DNA of 64,000 nt from assembly GCA_964016885.1 (NCBI GenBank), contig OZ024747.1:34968001-35032000 (forward strand), read 5' to 3'. The translations under genes were made by a program, and so were the position numbers. How positions within the stretch are numbered: the first letter of the stretch is position 1; the number at the start of each line of letters is the position of its first letter. The DNA comes from Eledone cirrhosa. Taxonomy: Eukaryota. Positions 28,140-39,700 of this stretch are shown here, one piece after another. The notes beneath the pieces are model-generated. The model searched no databases, was not told the origin of the DNA, and saw only the letters and a program-made list of their open reading frames with translations.

Positions 28140-30615
28140 GCCGACGGGCTAGGACAAGCTTTGGTTGATATCCTAAACTTAGTAGCAGATGAAATGAACA
28201 ATGATAGTGGGAAACCTATGAACCTAAGATTTGTAAACAGAAAAGGTTAAAAGAAACAACAGCTATGGTAAACAAAGTCATCCCATACCTTGAGGCGAGG
28301 AACCTTCACAAATGCAACAATTTCCTCAAAGCAACAGCACATGCAGTGAGGAAATTACTTGGCGTAAAAACGAGAGGAAACAACAAACAAGAAATATCAG
28401 AACATTGGTGGAAGAAACGACTGAATGGTAAAATCAAGGAAATGAGAAATGACATTGGAAACCTTCAGTCCCTACTGAGTGGGACACTTCAAAAAATAGA
28501 CACTAAAAATAGACTGGAAATAAAGTACAAGACTAGGAGGAAAAATCTAAATATTATCATAGAGGAACTGAAGCAACGCATTGTAGCAAAGAGTGCAAAA
28601 ATTAGGCGGTATGCCAGCAAAGTCAGTCAGTATAGACAGAACCACATGTTTGACAATAACCAGAAGATGTTGTATGGACGGCTTGAAGGGAAAGAAAGAG
28701 GCAACAACTTGATCCCTGAGGAGGAACAGCCTAAGACATTCTGGAGAGGAATATGTGGGCAGGATGTTGAACACAATGATCAGGCAGTGTGGATTGAAAC
28801 AGTACAAAAGAAGATTAGTGAACAAGCACACCAACAAACTAATTTGAGTATCACAGTTGAAATCCTTAAAGGGCAGGCCAAAAAACTAACCAACTGGAAA
28901 TCACCAGGGCCAGATGGTGTGCAGGGGTATTGGATCAGAAATATAACATCCCGCCACCCGAAACTGACAACCATGTTCAATGACTGCCTGGTGTCGGGTG
29001 AGGTACCAGAGTGGTTGACAAAAAGTACCACACTTTGGCAATGAGAGACCGAATCAAGGGTAATGATGTTACCGACTATAGACCTATCACATGTCTGTCT
29101 GTAATGTGGAAACTGTTAAAAAGCATTGTGTCTGAGGAAATCTACCATCACCTCCACAGAAACAACTTGTTACCAGACGAACATAAAGGATGCATAAAAA
29201 AGTCCCGTGGTACAAAAGACCAGTTACTTATTGATAAGATGGTAATGAGGAATTGCAATAGGTGACACACTGGTCTTGCCATGGAATGGATAGATTACAA
29301 AAAGGAATTCGACATGGTCCCACATTGTTGGACAACCAAAAGCCTAGAGATAGTGAATGTGGCATATGACATCAGACAGTTGTTGAGCAAAATATGAAGT
29401 CCTGGGAAACAGAGTTAACATCGCGTGGAAAATCCTTGGGAGGCGTTAAGATCAAGAGAGGTATCTTCCAGGGAGATACTTTTTCTCCTCTGCTGTTTGT
29501 CCTTTCCCTGATACCGCTGACTATTATACTGCGAAACGTGAGAGCAGGATACAAGTTGGGAAAAGGAGACCTTACCATCAATCACCTCCCCTTCATGGAC
29601 GATCTTAACCTCTTTGAGAAGTGAGAAGGTGTTGGATGCACTTGTTGACACTGTCCGTATTTTCAGCAAATATAGATGTATGCAATATGGTATTAATACG
29701 TGTGGAGACCTAGTGATGAAGAGGGGTAAATTGAGGAGAAGCAAAGGAATCCATGTACCAACAGGTGAGATGATTAAGGGAATTTACACAGAAGGATACA
29801 AATATTTAGGTGTTCTTGCAGCAGATGACATCAAGAACAAAAAAAATGAAGGAATTGATAAGATCTGAGTACATTAGGAGAATAAGAAGCGTATTAAAAT
29901 TACATCTAAATAGTAGGAATGTCATAAGTGCAGTGAATTCCCGAGCTGAGTCTATTATTAGGTACAGTGCGGGAATTCTGATATGGAATGTTGCGGAAAA
30001 AAAAAGAAATGGATAGGAAGACTAGGTAGCTATTGACTATCTAGAACATGTTCCATAAGAGGGGTGATGTCGATAGACTATACTTAAAGAAATCTGAAGG
30101 TGGAATTTGTCTTATCAGCATAGAGGACTGTGTTCAGATGGAGAAAAAAAACCTGCACAAAACGATCAGGTGAAGGTGCAATGGGATTTTAGGATACAGA
30201 CGGACAAGAAATTAAAACACAATAGGCCTGACCTGGTGGTTGTGGACAAGGAAAAAAGATCGTGCCTGATCGTATATGAAGCCTGCCCATTTGACACGAG
30301 AGTGCAAGAAAAGGAGAGGGAGAAATTTAGCCGATACCAGGATTAAAGTAGGAGGTAAAAAGGATTTGCAACTGCCATGATGTCAAGGTCGTCCCGATTG
30401 TCATAGGCGCTCTATGTACTATCAGAACGAGTTTCCAAGGATGGTTAAAGAAGATTTGACCAGCCCCGCATTTTGGAACACTTCAAAACGCCTCCTTGCT
30501 GGGAACAGCAAGAACTCTCCGATACATCCTGAATGTCTGAGGCTGCAGGTAGCGGCTTGATATTCATTTCAACAAACTTTCCAGTTAAATAACATCAATG
30601 ACTGAGACTCAAAGA
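28140..30615 (+). mobile_element. R4/Dong-clade non-LTR retrotransposon B (5'-truncated, decayed, different family from A)
   Basis: NWKSPGPDGVQGYW, DYRPITCL, GTKDQLLIDK, RGIFQGDTFSPLLF, HLPFMDDL, WDFRIQTDKKLKHNRPDLVV; ends in (TAA)n. Confidence 0.9.
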
Positions 30616-30623
30616 ATAATAAC

Positions 30624-30670
<47 letters not shown>

Positions 30671-30930
30671 TTTCTTTATTAACCACAAGGGTTTACATAA
30701 AGTAGACATTAAGGACAGTGCAGGACAATGCAGGACGGTACAAATGGGCATTTCTGCGTGTAAAAAAACAAAAACAGAGGATGTAACAAAAATAACAATG
30801 AAAATAACAATGAAAAATTCCCCAATAGGGGGGAGACTTCGGAGGGACATTTGTGGAGAAAGCCCAGTAAAAAGCCACAATGACCCTGACCACCAAGGCA
30901 AGTGCCCTCTCCCAGTTTTCCACCTTTAGT

Positions 30931-33900
30931 TTACAGATATATACTCAGAGTCGGCCCATTCACTCGGGCCATTCTTGCTTCTCTCACCCATCTTTCAACA
31001 AAATGCTGGGAAGAGAGCACTTCCTTCTCTACTCTGATTTTCCTTTTCAAATGAAATTTGAAAAAGTCAATCAGAGCATCACCGAAGAGGTAAGTGCTCG
31101 TCTTCAGCCCTTTCAAACGTGTCCACCATACTATCTCTTTCGCCATGGCCACCAGACAGATAAAAACTGCCTGCCCTTCCCGGCTAAAGGAGGAGGGCGG
31201 GGCAATCCTCACGATAGACTCAGATGATAGCTGGATCCGTCCTAAACGCGACAGCAGGTGTTCGACATAAACCCACAAGTCAGCAATTTTCGGACACTGG
31301 ACGAGTGCGTGCAGGACGGTTTCGTCGCCCTGCGCGCATCTCGGACATGCCCGGCTGACGGCACCTCCATGCCTGTAGAGTTTATCCCGAACTGGCAAGG
31401 CTCCTCGGTAGCACTGCCAGGCCAGAGATTTCTGGAAGTTGTCCATAGGCCCTGGCCCGAAAGTTCTTCCGAAGAGATTGGCTAGTTGATTTTCGTCGAC
31501 GCCTAGAGTTTCCCCAAGTACGTCGTCGCTCTTCCCCTCCACTAATCCTCTATAGAACGCCGAGGTGGAGTTTCCACCGATCACATTGCCCGATTGGTCG
31601 AGGGCTGTGAGCGCCTGAAGACATTCCAGTCTCCAGGCGCTCCCTCTCGGTCTTCGCTTGACCCAGGACTGCAGCTCCGTCAAGGAAACGAGCTGGGGAA
31701 AAACGCGTCTAGCAAACGGCGACCACACCTGATCACCGTCGAGGAAGAGGTGGAGATGTCGTAGCCTGAGCGCGTGCCTGCGCATCATCAGCCACGGCAT
31801 GCCCAGCCCTCCACGTAGCGGGTGTTGACAACAGATGGACCGCCTGACCATCGGAGCACGTCCCTTCCACAAAAAGCGAAAGAGCAAACGCTCCAGCGCA
31901 GTCAGGCGAGGCTTAGGACAAGGTACGACGGTTAGGCGGTAGCAGATGACAGACGCGATGTACGCGTTAGCCACCTCCGCTCGACCTTTCAGGGATAGCT
32001 TCCTCTCCGCCCATTTCTGGGTGAGAGAAGCCACCCTGCTCGTCACCTCGTCCCAGTTTTTGTCCGTCTGGAGGTCCGGACCGAACCAGACCCCTAGCAA
32101 TTTAACCGGTCCGTCCGTCCAGCGCCCGACGACGCTGTTGGACGGCATGGACCTGCCTCTCCAGGTGCCGAGCTGCAGGCCCACTGACTTTTCCTGGTTG
32201 ATCATTGCTCCTGTCACCGCTTCGTATTCTCTTAGTGTAGTGCCGATCGCCTCGATGTGTTTGGCGTTCGACACCACTACGGTGACATCGTCCGCATATG
32301 CTGACACGGATCTTCCGCATCCTAGTTCGCGCGGGACTCCCCTCAACGTCTCCAGTTTGTGCAGTAATGGCTCGAGAGTCAATACGTACAAGAGGGACGA
32401 GAGGGGACATCCTTGGCGGACCGAGCGCATGATGTTGAACGGTTCCGACAGGTGACCGTTCACTCTCACCACAGAGCAGATGTCGCTGTGCATGGCAGCG
32501 ATCCAGCCTCTGAAGACGGGCCCAAAGCCAGCCGCCCTCAGGACTGCCGCTAGGTAACGATGGTCGACCCTATCGAAAGCTTTCGACTGATCTAAATTGA
32601 TCAAGGACCCACCCGTGCCAGGTTCCCTAGCTACCCTCTCTACGATGTATCGCATGAGGTGGAGGTTGTCGTGGATGGATCTGTCGGGAATGGCGCATGT
32701 CTGCGCCTCTCCCACCAGACCACCAACGACAAGCGCCAACCTCTTTGCTAGCACCTTGGCCAAAATCTTAAACTCTGTGTTTAGCAGAGTTATGGGCCGG
32801 AAATTGTCTATGTTATCCCCCTTGTTCGGATCCTTTCTCAGCAGTGCCACCGCTCCTCGGCTCACAGAACTGGGAATTCTCCCGTTCTGTTGCCAGTTGC
32901 AGTAGACGTCCGCCAAGAGGCCTCCGAACAAGTCTGGCATCTGTACGTAAAGTTCATAGGGCAGACCATCCAAACCAGGCGATTTACCCCTTGTGCAGCC
33001 AGTCATTGCCTCCCGTACTTCAGCGGCTGTTATCGGCTTTTCGCAACACCTCGCCTCAGTGGCCGAGAGCCGCGGCAGCCCGTCGAGGTAGACACTAAAG
33101 TCCATCCCTCTACCCGGCCCCCCGCTGCCCCCGAACAGCTGAGCGAAGTGTCGCTGAAAAGCTTCACACATTTGCCCGGGATCGAGTAGCATGCGCCCGT
33201 CGTGGTCCACCAAAGACCGGATCGTGGCTTTGTTGCCACGACGCGCCTCCGCCACTCGGGCCCATTGAACGGCTTTCGTCCCCTCGTGTCTGAGAGCACG
33301 CACCCTAGCTCTGACAACGCAGCCTTCGTGCTTTGCATTGAAGAATTGGTCAAGGGCCAATTTCGCCGCAAGCACGTCGGTCGCAATGCCTTTGCTAAGC
33401 GCCTCGTCTAATTTTCTAACTAGTTCTCCCTCTGCTCTATTTTTCTCTATTGCTAAAGCCTTACTAAACCTAATCGATTCTATTCTAATCGCTCTTTTCA
33501 GAGCAAACCACCACTTGTTGTTGACGATGGCCCCCGTCAACGCCCGCTTAACTAGTTCGCTAATCCGGTCTCTGTAGGCGTTGCGCGCTGGTAAGGACGC
33601 GTTTAGCTTCCAGTAGCCGGGTCCTCGTCTATGAAGCCTATCTAAGTCAAGCACACAGGTCACGAATTTGTGGTCCGTGTAGCTGACTATCTTGAATTGT
33701 GGACAGCCTATGCTAGACCTATCTATTTCCCTACAAAATACTCTATCTAGATATGATCTGGATGACCCTATGCGGTTTGTCCAAGTCCACATTGGCACAT
33801 TCGGGAAATCCAATCGGTACCTGTCAGACAGTTCAAAACGCCTGAGCAGGTTGGTGAGGCTCTTGCACCCTCCACCCCTATCCGCTAATCCCACACAGTC

Positions 33901-34350
33901 CCAGCGTGCATCTAAGATCCCGTTCCAGTCGCCCACTAACACTAAAGAGCGGGACGTTCCAAGAAAGGTCTCCAGACGCCGGAAGAAATCAGGCCGCCCT
34001 GCTCCTGTCGGGGCATAGACGGCCACTAGCCTGAAAGCTTGCCCGTCTCCGCTGGTCACGTCCAGCACCACCAGCTTACCCTCTGGGTCCAGGAAGATGG
34101 CCCGTATGGCGAGATCCAAACCTCTCCGAAAAAGTACAGCAACTCCTCCACCGGATCCAGGACGGCTGGGAGATGCGTACACATCGTAGCCGCCGAAGAT
34201 CGGTGCGAAGGCCCGTGCTTCGGAGATTCTGGTCTCGCTGATGGCCACTACATCTATGTTTAGTGACCTGAGGTCGTTGAGCAGGTGACCCTGCTTCCAT
34301 GACGACCCCAAGCCACGCGCATTTATGCTGCCTATTCTGAGTGAGGTCAT
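30931..34350 (-). CDS. LINE ORF2: APE endonuclease, reverse transcriptase and C-terminal zinc-binding region (1139 aa)
   Basis: SINARGL, ISET, VYAP, GDWN, SYLDR, TDH (APE); KSPGLDGL, NFRPITLLN, LDQSKAFDRVDH, SVRQGCPLS, AYADD (RT); CPRC...ETVLHALVQC. Confidence 0.95.
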   Translation of the reverse strand: MTSLRIGSINARGLGSSWKQGHLLNDLRSLNIDVVAISETRISEARAFAPIFGGYDVYASPSRPGSGGGVAVLFRRGLDLAIRAIFLDPEGKLVVLDVTSGDGQAFRLVAVYAPTGAGRPDFFRRLETFLGTSRSLVLVGDWNGILDARWDCVGLADRGGGCKSLTNLLRRFELSDRYRLDFPNVPMWTWTNRIGSSRSYLDRVFCREIDRSSIGCPQFKIVSYTDHKFVTCVLDLDRLHRRGPGYWKLNASLPARNAYRDRISELVKRALTGAIVNNKWWFALKRAIRIESIRFSKALAIEKNRAEGELVRKLDEALSKGIATDVLAAKLALDQFFNAKHEGCVVRARVRALRHEGTKAVQWARVAEARRGNKATIRSLVDHDGRMLLDPGQMCEAFQRHFAQLFGGSGGPGRGMDFSVYLDGLPRLSATEARCCEKPITAAEVREAMTGCTRGKSPGLDGLPYELYVQMPDLFGGLLADVYCNWQQNGRIPSSVSRGAVALLRKDPNKGDNIDNFRPITLLNTEFKILAKVLAKRLALVVGGLVGEAQTCAIPDRSIHDNLHLMRYIVERVAREPGTGGSLINLDQSKAFDRVDHRYLAAVLRAAGFGPVFRGWIAAMHSDICSVVRVNGHLSEPFNIMRSVRQGCPLSSLLYVLTLEPLLHKLETLRGVPRELGCGRSVSAYADDVTVVVSNAKHIEAIGTTLREYEAVTGAMINQEKSVGLQLGTWRGRSMPSNSVVGRWTDGPVKLLGVWFGPDLQTDKNWDEVTSRVASLTQKWAERKLSLKGRAEVANAYIASVICYRLTVVPCPKPRLTALERLLFRFLWKGRAPMVRRSICCQHPLRGGLGMPWLMMRRHALRLRHLHLFLDGDQVWSPFARRVFPQLVSLTELQSWVKRRPRGSAWRLECLQALTALDQSGNVIGGNSTSAFYRGLVEGKSDDVLGETLGVDENQLANLFGRTFGPGPMDNFQKSLAWQCYRGALPVRDKLYRHGGAVSRACPRCAQGDETVLHALVQCPKIADLWVYVEHLLSRLGRIQLSSESIVRIAPPSSFSREGQAVFICLVAMAKEIVWWTRLKGLKTSTYLFGDALIDFFKFHLKRKIRVEKEVLSSQHFVERWVREARMARVNGPTLSIYL

Positions 34351-34385
34351 GTTTAAAATAGAGTGGAAAAGATGGGAAAGACCAC

Positions 34386-36482
34386 TTACCGTATTTTTGG
34401 TAGAGGAGGGATGGTTTTTACATCCCTTTTCACTTGATCGTCTGGTGAAGGGACCGTTGAATCGTCCCTTCGGCTGGTCGTCGGCTCTTCTAAGAGAATG
34501 TCTGAATATACTCTTCGATTAATGGTTCCTCCTAGGTCCCTGAAATCACCAACTGCGTTGGGGAATTTCGTTTTAATGTTTGTGTATTGTTTCTGTGCTA
34601 TTTTTAGCAGTCTTATGTTAGTTCGCGTTTTGATTGGTGCTGGTATTATGTAGTCCTGTTGTGAAATGTCTGTGTGTTCAATTATGTAAGTCATTAGTTT
34701 CTTGTTGTGTGTGTTTATTGCCGTGCATTTGTTTTTCTGGGGGTGGGGTGTGGTTCTGCTATTTTCTTGTCGTTGTTGCTGGGTGTGTGTGTTTTGTTGT
34801 TGTGTTTGCGATGTTGGTGCTTGTGGTGGTGGTGTTGAAGGTGTTGTTGGCGGTGGGGTTGTCGCCGGTGGTGATGGTGGTGCTGGTGTGGGTGGTGATG
34901 GTGTTGGTGGTGTTGCTGCTGTGGGTCTCTTTGCAGTAGACTTTACCCTTTTCTCATTTCTTTCCTCCCTTTTCAAAGGCGACGATGCGCTGCTTCTGCG
35001 TTTGTGCCTTCTTGAGACCTTTTGCCATCCCTCTCCCACCTCACACTCCATGTCTGATTCTGTAAGGTCGGGGAGGGGTACCAGCTCCACTCTTTCACTT
35101 GTTGTTGTTGGTGATGTTTGCACTGGAGTCTCTGTTGCAGCTGCATTTGGTATTGCTGTTGTTGTTGTTAATATTTCCACTGCTGCTGCTGTCTTTGATT
35201 TCCGTGGAGTGGGTATGGGTGCCACGGACCTATCGTTCCTGGTTGCCGCTTGTCCTGTTGCTGGTAGCCGTGGAACCGGATTCGGGAGGAGGGGGGTTTT
35301 CTCCGTTCTCAGGGTCTTCTCGTTGCAGAAGGCCCTGAGGTGAGTCTTCGATCCACAGCGAAAGCATTTCGGGCGTTTGCCCTCAACACTTATGGGCAGT
35401 TGAGTGCCGTTATCGAAGTCTATCACATCCGGGATAGCTTCGATGCACTCCTGGTTGGTTTGGATTAGCATCTCAATGGAGGAGCCGACCCAATCTTCTC
35501 TTACTTTTTTCTGTACTTGCAGTACAGTTGTTTTGTCCTCGATTCCGACGAGGACAGACGCGGCCAGCCAAGAAGGGGTCATTCCGGGGGGGACGTGGGT
35601 CAGTTTGACCCTCACAATTTTTTGCCCGCAGTAGGAGGGCACCAACACCATTTCCTCGCTCCTTAGGGTCACTACTGATTGGGCCTTTGCCTCCTGGGGT
35701 GTGGCAAAAAGTACGTCTACGGTGGCGTATTTTTTGCCTCGGGTGATGTGCGTTTTCCTCTGCCACACAGACCCCAAGGCTTTTTGTATTTGGGCCTCTG
35801 TGGCTCTTTCCACCCTACGGGATTTTGTACTTACTGTACGGTACGTGACCGTACAGTGCTCTTGGGTTTCGAAAAAATTTTTCGCTGCCTTGCAGATTGC
35901 TCGGTGTCCGTTCTTTGTCACCATCTTCTTCGCTTCCTCTAATTCCTCATTTGTTATGAGGATTGTTTCCAGGTTTTTCGCAATACCTGCAAATGAGATT
36001 GGTTTTTCTCTGCTGTTGTTGTTGTCGTCAGAGCTGCTGGTACTTTTGTTGTTGCTGCAGGTACTACGACTACTGCCTCCGCCGCTGTTGCTGTGGTTGT
36101 TGTTGGTGTTGCTGCTGCTAATGCTGTTGTTGTTTATGCTGCTGGTGATGCTGTTGCGGCTGCTACTGTTGTTTTCATTGTCACTGTTACTGTTGTTATT
36201 ACGGCTGCTACTGCTATTATTCCTGACGTCAGACGAATGAACTGGGTTTTCGTATTTCCCGCACACCTGTTTCGTCGCTGTCGTCGTCGTCGTGGAGAAA
36301 TCTTGCACGCTTTGCACGAGACTTTTCTTTTCTTTCGTCGCTTGCGAAAGAGAAGGGAGGGAGAGAGACACATTTAAAGAAGGGAGGGAGAGAGACAATC
36401 TTCTCTCTGCTGTAGTGATGATTGAGGAAGAAGAAGACGGAATGAGTGGGAGTGACGTATGAAATTTCTTTTTCGTAGCCAT
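34386..36482 (-). CDS. LINE ORF1, gag-like nucleic-acid-binding protein with CCHC zinc knuckle (~698 aa from ATG at 36482)
   Basis: Open frame with CFRCGSKTHLRAFC (C-x2-C-x4-H-x4-C), S/N-rich and T/P-rich low-complexity tracts and GWQKVSRRHKRR; homologous to ORF1 of copies 2 and 3. Confidence 0.9.
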   Translation of the reverse strand: MATKKKFHTSLPLIPSSSSSIITTAERRLSLSLPSLNVSLSLPSLSQATKEKKSLVQSVQDFSTTTTTATKQVCGKYENPVHSSDVRNNSSSSRNNNSNSDNENNSSSRNSITSSINNNSISSSNTNNNHSNSGGGSSRSTCSNNKSTSSSDDNNNSREKPISFAGIAKNLETILITNEELEEAKKMVTKNGHRAICKAAKNFFETQEHCTVTYRTVSTKSRRVERATEAQIQKALGSVWQRKTHITRGKKYATVDVLFATPQEAKAQSVVTLRSEEMVLVPSYCGQKIVRVKLTHVPPGMTPSWLAASVLVGIEDKTTVLQVQKKVREDWVGSSIEMLIQTNQECIEAIPDVIDFDNGTQLPISVEGKRPKCFRCGSKTHLRAFCNEKTLRTEKTPLLPNPVPRLPATGQAATRNDRSVAPIPTPRKSKTAAAVEILTTTTAIPNAAATETPVQTSPTTTSERVELVPLPDLTESDMECEVGEGWQKVSRRHKRRSSASSPLKREERNEKRVKSTAKRPTAATPPTPSPPTPAPPSPPATTPPPTTPSTPPPQAPTSQTQQQNTHTQQQRQENSRTTPHPQKNKCTAINTHNKKLMTYIIEHTDISQQDYIIPAPIKTRTNIRLLKIAQKQYTNIKTKFPNAVGDFRDLGGTINRRVYSDILLEEPTTSRRDDSTVPSPDDQVKRDVKTIPPLPKIR

Positions 36483-36708
36483 GTTTTTTTGTTTAAAATG
36501 AAATTTTGGGTACAAAACCCCAATAACTGGTTATTTAACCCCGAAGGGCCAAATAACGGACAGAAAGACCCCTCTCACGAGGAGGAGGGTGTCTTTATCA
36601 ACAATTTGGTTCAAGTTTTAAACAATTTACAATTGTTTTAACGGTTAAAAATTACTATACCTTACAGAGCCGAGCCTCCGTCAACCATGGCATTCAATAA
36701 TAATAATG

Positions 36709-39700
36709 ATTTCATTTATTGGCCACAAGGGCCGACATATAGGGGACAATACAAAAGACTGGGTTTTACAGAAAAATCGAGTAAACAATATGAATAACAA
36801 TAACAAAGTAACAATAACAAAGTAACAATAACAAAGTAACAATAACAAAGTAACAATAAAGTAACAATAAAATTACAAGAAAAAATTTCCCAATAGGGGG
36901 GATAACCACCTAGGGTTCGCTCAGGTACCCCGCCAGTTCTGAACGACCCGACGCTTCCAGAGCACCCTGGAAGGGCACCCCTATCCTCCTCAAAGGAATC
37001 TACCTACAGCCGCATGACCAGAGTAGGCCCACACAAACGGTCCATTCTCGGCACATTCACCCACCTTTCAGCAAATGAACTGGGGGGCAGCACTTCTCTC
37101 TCCACCCTCACCTTCCTTTCCAAGTGAAACTTGAAAAAGTTGATGAGGGATTGGCCGAAGAGAAAAGTGTCTGTCTTCAGTCCTTTCAACCTCGTCCACC
37201 ATAAGACCTCTTTCGTTACTGCCACCAAATAGAGGAAAATTGCCTGCCCCTCCTGGCCAAAAGAAGGCGGCGGGTCGATCTTCACTATGGACTCCGCCGA
37301 TAGCCGGATCCGTTCTACACGCCTCAACAGCTGTTCAACATAACTCCACAAGTCAGTAATGCACGGACACTGGACGAGTGCATGCAGAACGGTTTCGTCG
37401 CTCTGCGCGCATCTCTTGCAGATCCGTCTGACAGCACTTCCGTGCCTGTAGAGTTTATCTCGAACCGGCAGTGCACCCGGTAGCACTGTCAGGCGAGGGA
37501 TTTTTGGAAATTATCCATTGTCCCGGCTCGACAGTCCTCCAATACAGACTGGATAGTTCGACTTCGTTGACTCCCAGAGCCTCTCCGAGTGCGACGTCGA
37601 ACTTGCCCACCACTAATCCTCTATAGAACTCGAGAGTGGAAGTTCCACTGACCGCATTGCCCGCCTGGTAGAGGGCAGTGAGTGCCTGGCAACATTCCAG
37701 ATGCCAGTCACCCAGTCTCGGTCTCTTCTTGACCCAGGACTGCAGCTCAGTGAAATAAACGAGCTGCGGATAGGCCCGTCTGACAAAAGGCGACCACACC
37801 TGTTCACCGTTTAGGCATAATATCTGGAGATGCCGCAGCCTCAGCGCGTGCCTGCGCATCATTAGCCACGGCATGCCCAGCCCTCCACGTAGAGGGTGCT
37901 GGCAACAGATGAACCGCCTCACCAGCGGAACCTGACCCCCTCCACAAGAATCTGAAGAGGAGCCGCTCCAAGATGGCGAGGCGCGAACGGGGGCAAGGGA
38001 CGACGGTCAGACGGTAGTAGATGACGGACGCGATGTACGCGTTCGCCACCTCCGCCCGACCTTTCAATGATAGCTTCATCCCAGCCCATTTCTGGGTGAG
38101 ACTGGCTACCCTTCCCGTCACCTCGTCCCAATTCTTATCCAGCTGGAGGTCTGTCCCGAACCAAACTCCTAGCAACTTTACCGGTCCGTCCATCCAGCGC
38201 CTAACGACGCTGTTGGACGGCACGGACTTGCCTCTCCAGGTGCTGAGTTGCAAGCCCACCGACGTTTCCCGGTTAAGTTTTGCTCCCGTCAACCTTTCAT
38301 ATTCCTCCAATAAGTTGCCGACCACCTCGACTTCTGAGGTGTCCGACACCATCACGGTGATGTCGTCCGCATAAGCTGGCACAGCCTTTCCGCGTCCAGG
38401 TTCGAGCGGGATGCCCTGCAACAGCTCCAGTCTCCGCAGTAAAGGCTCGAGAGTCATACTTACAGGAGGGAGGAAAGAGGGCACCCTTGACGGACCTATC
38501 GGGAGACCTGAAACGGTTCCGAGAGGTGGCCATTAATTTTGACCGCCGAGCAGGTGCCGCTGTGCATTGCAGCGATCCAGCTTCTGAAGACGGCGCCGAA
38601 GCCAGCCGCCTTGAGGACAGCCTCCAGGTATTGATAGTTGACCCTATCGAATGTTTTCGTTTGATCTAAATTGATCAGAGCCCCACCGAAGCCAGGTTTA
38701 CATCCTACTCTGTCTATGATGTATCGCATTAGGTGGAGGTTGTCGTGCATGGACCTGGTAGGGATTGCGCAAGTTTGCGCCTCCCCAACCAAATCCCCAA
38801 CGACAAGCGCCAACCTCTTCGTTAATACTCTGGCCAAAACCTTAAACTCGGTGTTGAGCAGAGATATGGGCCTGAAATTGTCTAATGTGTCCATCTTGTT
38901 CTCCTCTTTCCTTATCAGCGTCACTACGCCCCGGCTCACAGAATTGGGAATACTCCCGTTTTGCTGTCACTTGCAGTAGAAGGCTTCGAGGAGATTGGAG
39001 AACAAGTCTGGCATATTTACGTAAAGCTCGTAGTGCAGACTATCCAAACCGGGTGACTTGCGCCTCATGCAGCCGACAAGGGCATCCTGAATCGCAGCGC
39101 CCAGCGTTAGCCGTCGAGGGTTGCGGCATGCCATAGAGGTAGGGACTGAAGTCCGCCACCATCTCTGACCCGCCACTTCCCCAAAACAACCGAGCAAAAT
39201 GTTTGCGAAAGGCCTCACACATCCTCTTGGAATTGCTCAGCTCGTGCCCGTTTCAGTCCGTCAAAGACCGAAACGTGGTTTTATTACCACGCTGTGCCTC
39301 TGCCTCGCGGGCCCATCGAACAGCTTTGGTTTCCTCGTTTCTCAGAGTACGGGCCTTAGCTCTTAAATGCAACCTTCGTGTTTCGCATTGAAGAAATGAT
39401 CTAATGCCATTCTCGCCGCTAGCACGTCAGTTGCAATGTCACTACGAATAACCTCGTCTAACCTTCTACCACTCCCCCTCCTTTCTATTTTTCTCTAACG
39501 CTACTTCTTTGTTAAACTCTATCGACATTACTCTAATCTCTCTTTTGAGAGACCCCCACCCATCTATTTTTGACGACTGCCCGTCAACTGTTTCTTAACT
39601 AAATTATTGACATGGTCCCTGTAAGCCTTACGTGTCGGAAATGACATGTTTAGCTTCCAGTATCCAGGTCCTAACCTATGCGTCTTCTCTATGTCGACCA

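Larger units (their letters stand above)
30669..36695 (-). mobile_element. Intact full-length L1/Tx1-clade LINE (copy 1)
   Basis: Two uninterrupted ORFs, 5' UTR and 3' UTR ending AATAAAGAAATC plus (ATT)n; both ends are defined by homology with copy 3. Confidence 0.95.

Noticed and set aside
31258-36377. Plus-strand ORFs overlapping the Tx1 element
   Set aside because: Antisense shadows of GC-rich or low-complexity coding sequence with no recognisable motifs.
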